Shown piece by piece: positions 60,002-64,000 of a DNA stretch of 64,000 bases (the stretch's first letter is position 1; each line of letters opens with the position of its first letter). The translations under genes and the position numbers were made by a program. The notes beneath the pieces were generated by a model. That model saw only the letters and a list, made by a program, of their open reading frames with translations. It was not told where the DNA came from and searched no databases. The stretch comes from Methanobacteriota archaeon (GTDB taxonomy: Bacteria; Myxococcota; UBA727; JABDBI01): the NCBI GenBank assembly GCA_013288705.1, contig JABDBI010000008.1:3036-67035 (forward strand), given 5' to 3'.

Positions 60002-62125
60002 ATGCGTTTGAGGTTATATTTCTTCTTGCTTCTTGTTCTCACGTTAACGGCATTCCAATGTGATTTTGGCACATTGAAAAAGTTTGGGTGGGACACTGAG
60101 ACGCTGAATGAGCCTGCGGCTCCTGTCAACGACGAGCCGACCGTAGGCGGCAAAGCGAGAGTGAATCCCGCGACGCCGCCAGCAGGAACCACGCCTCCAA
60201 CGGGCACAACACCGCCACCAGACGATAATGGGCCACCGGGCGGACAACCACCACCACCACCACCGGCAGACACGAACAATGGCGGTGCTGCAAACACGGC
60301 TGCGCCGCGGGGTGTTCGATCGCCATGGAACACGATCTTACCTTATGATCACCAATTCACCACTGCTGCATTTGACGCCCAGGGCAATATTTGGCTTGGC
60401 ACAAAAGCTGGTGGATTGATCAAGTACAACGAGACCACCAAGCAAGCGATTGTCTATCGGCAATCCACAAGCCGTATCACGTCGGATCATGTGACTGCGA
60501 TTGGGTTTGATGCACAAAATATTTATGTTGGTACGGAAAAGGGTTTGAATATTCTCACGGGGACGAGGTGGTCAGCACCGACGGAGCTGGCGCATCCTGT
60601 TCGCGGTATTGGTGACAAATATGTGGCGACGGAAGAGGCACTTTGGCATTTTGCGGCCGATGGCTGGAAGAAAGTCGATGGTCCAACCGGCATGACGGAT
60701 AAGATCACCGCTTTTGCCAACAAAGGTGGCGTGTTGTGGCTTGGTACGGAGAAGGGCTTGTGGAAAAAAGACGCCACCGGCTGGTCTGAAGTGACAGATG
60801 TGAAGCACCCAGTAACGGCGATCGCGTTTACTGGTGATGATTGGATATGGGTGGGAACAAAGGGCAAGGGACTATATGTATTTAACAAGACTGTGTGGAA
60901 AGACATTCTGGCTCAACATGACATTACGCAAATGGCTGTTCATGGCAATCAGCTTTGGGTGATTGGCGACCACAAAATTTTTCTGCGACGCGACCAAGAT
61001 ACCGACATATTTGTGCCAAGATATATAAGCAGCGCGCAGTGGTCCGCACTTGCTATTCAGGAGGCTCGGGGAGAAATACTCTTTGCCGGAGCAACAAATA
61101 TTGCCGGTGTTCTGAAAAAGGACTCGACAGCAGCTCTGGCCGACGACGGCGCGACAAAGATCCCATTGACAGGCTTGGTAAGCAAGCAAATCCTCAAACT
61201 GGCTTTACGAAACAAAGACAACAAATCCGAATTATGGATCGGGACCGACAAAGGCTTGCAGCGTTACGACTATGAATCGAAATCGATCAACGCAACCTAT
61301 GTGGCGACGCCAGGCCAGCTCGACGACAACCACATCGATGAGTTAGGTGTTACGCAGGATGGCGAGGTATGGGTGGTTGACCATGGAAACAGCGCAAAGC
61401 ACTTTGATCCAGACAGTACAGCTGCGCATTGGACAGTCCTTTCCAGGCATCATACGACGATGGCAAGGCACTTTGGGGCAATTCTTGCTACTAATAACAA
61501 CAATGCATATATTATAGCTATTACTTACAATTACTCCTACCCCGCAATTGGCATTTTTAACGCATCTAGCAAGCGGATACAAAAAATTCAGTTCGCTACT
61601 GCAGGTAACATCACAGCCATAGGCTTCGTCGGTCCACACCAATGGTATGCCACCTCGAAAAAGGGTATCTACGTATACGATGGCCTGACTGAAAATAGCG
61701 CCTTCCGGAGAGTGATAGAAGTGGCCTTGCATGATCGACATCCCGCCATTAATGTCATGCGCAGCGATAAGCATGATGCTCCCGAACATGTATGGGTCGG
61801 TTCTAATGGAAAAGGCGTCACCCGAATAGATATGCTGCAACTCATCAACCACCCGGAGGGGGCTGCATCGGTGCATGGGTTAGAGGGTAAGACTGTCAAA
61901 GCCATTGCTGTCGACAAGGCGAAAAACGCATGGTTCGCTACCATCGACGGTCTAGAGAGCTTTAATGGTACTGAATGGAAGTCTTACGTAGTTGATCCAA
62001 GTCTTCCTCGAGGCTTAAAATCCAACCACATCAACGATTTGCTCTACGACGCCACCAACGATATCCTGTGGATTGCCACCAACGATGGCCTCACAAGTCT
62101 ACAGCCATCCCTGCTTGCGAAATAG
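60002..62125 (+). CDS. secreted Reg_prop beta-propeller protein with Pro-rich N-terminal linker; paralog 3
   Basis: Signal peptide MRLRLYFFLLLVLTLTAFQC; P/T/G-rich linker including a (CCA)6 tract. Motifs IWLGTKAGGLIKYN, LWLGTEKGLWKK, IWVGTKGKGLYVFN, LWIGTDKGLQRYD, LWIATNDGLTSL. Starts 1 nt after the paralog 2 stop with a GGGGGA RBS. Confidence 0.6.
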   Translation: MRLRLYFFLLLVLTLTAFQCDFGTLKKFGWDTETLNEPAAPVNDEPTVGGKARVNPATPPAGTTPPTGTTPPPDDNGPPGGQPPPPPPADTNNGGAANTAAPRGVRSPWNTILPYDHQFTTAAFDAQGNIWLGTKAGGLIKYNETTKQAIVYRQSTSRITSDHVTAIGFDAQNIYVGTEKGLNILTGTRWSAPTELAHPVRGIGDKYVATEEALWHFAADGWKKVDGPTGMTDKITAFANKGGVLWLGTEKGLWKKDATGWSEVTDVKHPVTAIAFTGDDWIWVGTKGKGLYVFNKTVWKDILAQHDITQMAVHGNQLWVIGDHKIFLRRDQDTDIFVPRYISSAQWSALAIQEARGEILFAGATNIAGVLKKDSTAALADDGATKIPLTGLVSKQILKLALRNKDNKSELWIGTDKGLQRYDYESKSINATYVATPGQLDDNHIDELGVTQDGEVWVVDHGNSAKHFDPDSTAAHWTVLSRHHTTMARHFGAILATNNNNAYIIAITYNYSYPAIGIFNASSKRIQKIQFATAGNITAIGFVGPHQWYATSKKGIYVYDGLTENSAFRRVIEVALHDRHPAINVMRSDKHDAPEHVWVGSNGKGVTRIDMLQLINHPEGAASVHGLEGKTVKAIAVDKAKNAWFATIDGLESFNGTEWKSYVVDPSLPRGLKSNHINDLLYDATNDILWIATNDGLTSLQPSLLAK

Positions 62126-62172
62126 CTGAGCGTTGAGAACAGTTATAGCCGTAAACCACCGGAGGTATCACC

Positions 62173-62520
62173 ATGACCAGAATTTGCGGCGCTAGCGGCG
62201 GGTACGTCACGCATCAGCAGGCACCTGAGGAAAATCTCAATGATCGTTCCACGAGTAACGCCAAACGCATTGTCGAGCGCGGCGTTGAAACCGGCAACCG
62301 CTTTGCCATGGGTCGCGGCTACAAGGGCATCTCATCTCAGCCTGTTGATTTTTCGAAAGAAGTGAGACCCTCTCGAGCACAATCGATTTATCTGCATAAA
62401 AGAAACGGAGATATTCACAAGATAGGAGAAGTCATGCCGGAGAAAATCATTGGTGGGGCACTCAAATCTTCTGTAGAAATTGCTGAAGAAATTCGCATGC
62501 TAATTCTCGGAGCGAGATGA
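62173..62520 (+). CDS. small hypothetical protein, translationally coupled to ligA
   Basis: 115-aa ORF with a GGAGG RBS; its TGA overlaps the ligA ATG (ATGA). No family recognised. Confidence 0.4.
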   Translation: MTRICGASGGYVTHQQAPEENLNDRSTSNAKRIVERGVETGNRFAMGRGYKGISSQPVDFSKEVRPSRAQSIYLHKRNGDIHKIGEVMPEKIIGGALKSSVEIAEEIRMLILGAR

Positions 62521-64000
62521 CAAGTCAGGATATTTTAAAAAAAAGCACTGAGCTTCTGGCTCAGTTATCTCATATGGATGCCGACCAACTCGAGCAGTTG
62601 GTGCGGCACCATAATGTGGCTTATTTTGCGCAGAATGCGCCGGAGATCACAGACGAAGCGTTTGACAAGTTGGTAGAAGCGCTTCGCGTTGCTCGACCAG
62701 AGTCACCAGTGCTCGATGAAATCGGCGTTGATATCGCGGAGGGGGGCGCTGCCAACTTCGACGCCGTCGTTCATAAACGCCCCATGCTATCGCTCGACAA
62801 ATGCTATGACGATGCGACGTTTTTAAAATGGCGCGAGAAAATTCGCGGGCCTGTGATCGCCATGGCTAAAATCGATGGAGTGGCCTGCTCTATCCATTAC
62901 GATGCGCATGGGCACCTGGTGCTAAGCGCTACACGCGGCGATGGCAAACAAGGAGAAAATGTCACGGCCAATGTGAGTCGCATTACAGATGTCCCCACGC
63001 AGATCGCGAAGCATGTGCTCGGCGAAGACGGTCTGGAAGTGCGCGGCGAAGTGCACATGAAATTGTCGCGCTTTAAAAAGCATTATGCGAGTCAGTTTGC
63101 CAATCCACGCAATTTAGCAGCAGGTGCGTTGAAGCAAAAAGAGATGGAGAAATCTGCCGCGTATGGGCTGTCGTTTTTTCCTTATGACATTCGGGGGGCG
63201 GCGCTTGCGAGTGAGCAAGAGAAATTTGGCTTGCTCAAAGAGCTTGGCTTCTCTCCTCCACACATCGTTGTGTGCAACGATGACAAAGACGTTATAGAAG
63301 CGGTGCGTACTTTTGCGAAGGAACGCGAGACACTCGACTATGAAATAGACGGCGTGGTATTTCGTGCCGATCGAATCAGCGAGCAAGAGCGGCTTGGTGA
63401 GACTGCTCACCACCCACGTTTTGCCATCGCTTACAAATTTCAAGGCGATAGTGCGCAAACGGAACTCGTCGATGTGGAATGGTCGGTGGCGCGTATGGGC
63501 GTAATTACACCCGTGGCGATTGTGCGACCCGTGTTTGTCTCCGGGGCAACAGTCACGCGCGCCTCGCTGCACAACTTGGGCATGTTCAAAGAGCTTGCGT
63601 TGAGCAAAAACGCGCGGGTCGAAATCGTTCGTCGTGGTGGTGTGATTCCGCATGTAGAACGCGTGCTCGCGCCCGGAGGCGAACCATTCGCTGTTCCGAC
63701 TGCGTGTCCTTCTTGTGGCGGTCCAGTGATTGAGGACGGCGACTTTTTGCGTTGTGAGCACCCCGAGCGATGCCCACAGGTCATTGTGTCGCGTATCTTG
63801 CATTTTTGCGCCGTCATGGATCTGGAGGGATTTGGCGATAGGCTAGTGCAAACCTTGGTGAGCACAGGGCTGGTGAAGAAGCCGGCTGATTTGTATGGGC
63901 TGCAAATCAACGATTTGCTACCTCTCGAGCGCATGGGGAAGACGCTTGCTACGAAGCTTGTAGCGAGTGTGAATGCGAAACGCGAAGTGACACTGCCGGT
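62517..64000 (+). CDS. ligA: NAD-dependent DNA ligase, 5'-partial (runs off window end; not in supplied ORF table because no stop is reached)
   Basis: Manual translation from the ATG at 62517: MTSQDILKKSTELL...; adenylation motif KIDGVA (Lys in KxDG), EGxVxK-like EIDGVVF, Zn-finger CPSCGGPVIEDGDFLRCEHPERC, HhH region. The minus-strand ORFs 63114..63803 and 63440..63934 are antisense artefacts. Confidence 0.9.
   Translation, partial: MTSQDILKKSTELLAQLSHMDADQLEQLVRHHNVAYFAQNAPEITDEAFDKLVEALRVARPESPVLDEIGVDIAEGGAANFDAVVHKRPMLSLDKCYDDATFLKWREKIRGPVIAMAKIDGVACSIHYDAHGHLVLSATRGDGKQGENVTANVSRITDVPTQIAKHVLGEDGLEVRGEVHMKLSRFKKHYASQFANPRNLAAGALKQKEMEKSAAYGLSFFPYDIRGAALASEQEKFGLLKELGFSPPHIVVCNDDKDVIEAVRTFAKERETLDYEIDGVVFRADRISEQERLGETAHHPRFAIAYKFQGDSAQTELVDVEWSVARMGVITPVAIVRPVFVSGATVTRASLHNLGMFKELALSKNARVEIVRRGGVIPHVERVLAPGGEPFAVPTACPSCGGPVIEDGDFLRCEHPERCPQVIVSRILHFCAVMDLEGFGDRLVQTLVSTGLVKKPADLYGLQINDLLPLERMGKTLATKLVASVNAKREVTLP

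Noticed and set aside
60230-60260. (CCA)6 trinucleotide tract in propeller protein 3 as a phase-variation switch
   Set aside because: Repeat unit is a codon multiple (poly-Pro), so slippage would not shift the frame; it is more likely just a low-complexity linker.
63114-63934. Two minus-strand ORFs (229 and 164 aa) in the last kilobase
   Set aside because: They lie antisense inside the clearly identifiable ligA reading frame (KIDG adenylation motif, Zn finger) and have no recognisable features.

Overview
The window looks like a bacterial chromosome segment of about 50% GC. The gene content is Gram-negative in style (BamD, TonB-like, DsbD-like and lipoprotein signals), and several secreted, disulfide-rich and beta-propeller lipoproteins suggest a Bdellovibrio-like or other delta/Oligoflexia-type lineage. 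That lineage call is a guess made without any database search.

Most of the window is housekeeping:
- Stress, repair and cofactor genes: two Bcp peroxiredoxins, NAD kinase, groES/groEL, pdxJ, folE, trxB, uvrB, and a ligA 5' fragment that runs off the window end.
- Envelope and metabolism: BamD, murI, an ABC substrate-binding protein, pssA, pepP, glpK and an IDH-family dehydrogenase.
- Transporters: NhaP, MATE and two APC-type amino-acid permeases.
- An unusual rpsN-miaE-glycosyltransferase-permease string.
- Three tRNAs: Leu-UAA, Pro-CGG and Leu-CAG.

The accessory content is concentrated at about 40-62 kb:
1. A GS-like / Fe-ADH / ALDH / AI-2E-transporter operon, plausibly a gamma-glutamyl-amine or alkanolamine catabolic module.
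2. Two S8 subtilases, an ImmA/IrrE-like HExxH peptidase, and small Cys-rich secreted proteins.
3. A mosaic island at about 50.5-62.1 kb, which is the most interesting region.

In that island, a DUF234/Arch_ATPase-type AAA+ ATPase gene occurs twice. Each copy sits head-to-head with a gene for a Reg_prop (two-component-regulator-propeller) beta-propeller lipoprotein. Each ATPase is preceded by strong palindromic operator-like sites. ATPase2 is bounded by one copy each of two ~100 bp direct-repeat families (R1 at its 3' end, R2 upstream), and ATPase1 by a degenerate duplication of the scoB 3' end.

The same R1 and R2 flanks also bracket a neighbouring slot that instead carries an AbiEi/AbiEii toxin-antitoxin pair. 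The AbiEii toxin gene is frameshifted, and the pair has its own palindromic operator. A 3' remnant of a displaced ATPase gene lies inside repeat R1a, and the first ATPase copy sits inside the truncated 3' end of an orphan scoB.

Together this looks like a repeat-flanked, cassette-exchanging locus built around an ATPase + propeller-lipoprotein pair. I could not match it to a named system from sequence alone.

A 25-bp perfect REP-like hairpin element occurs twice, once inside a TonB-like ORF. No CRISPR array, integrase or transposase was seen.
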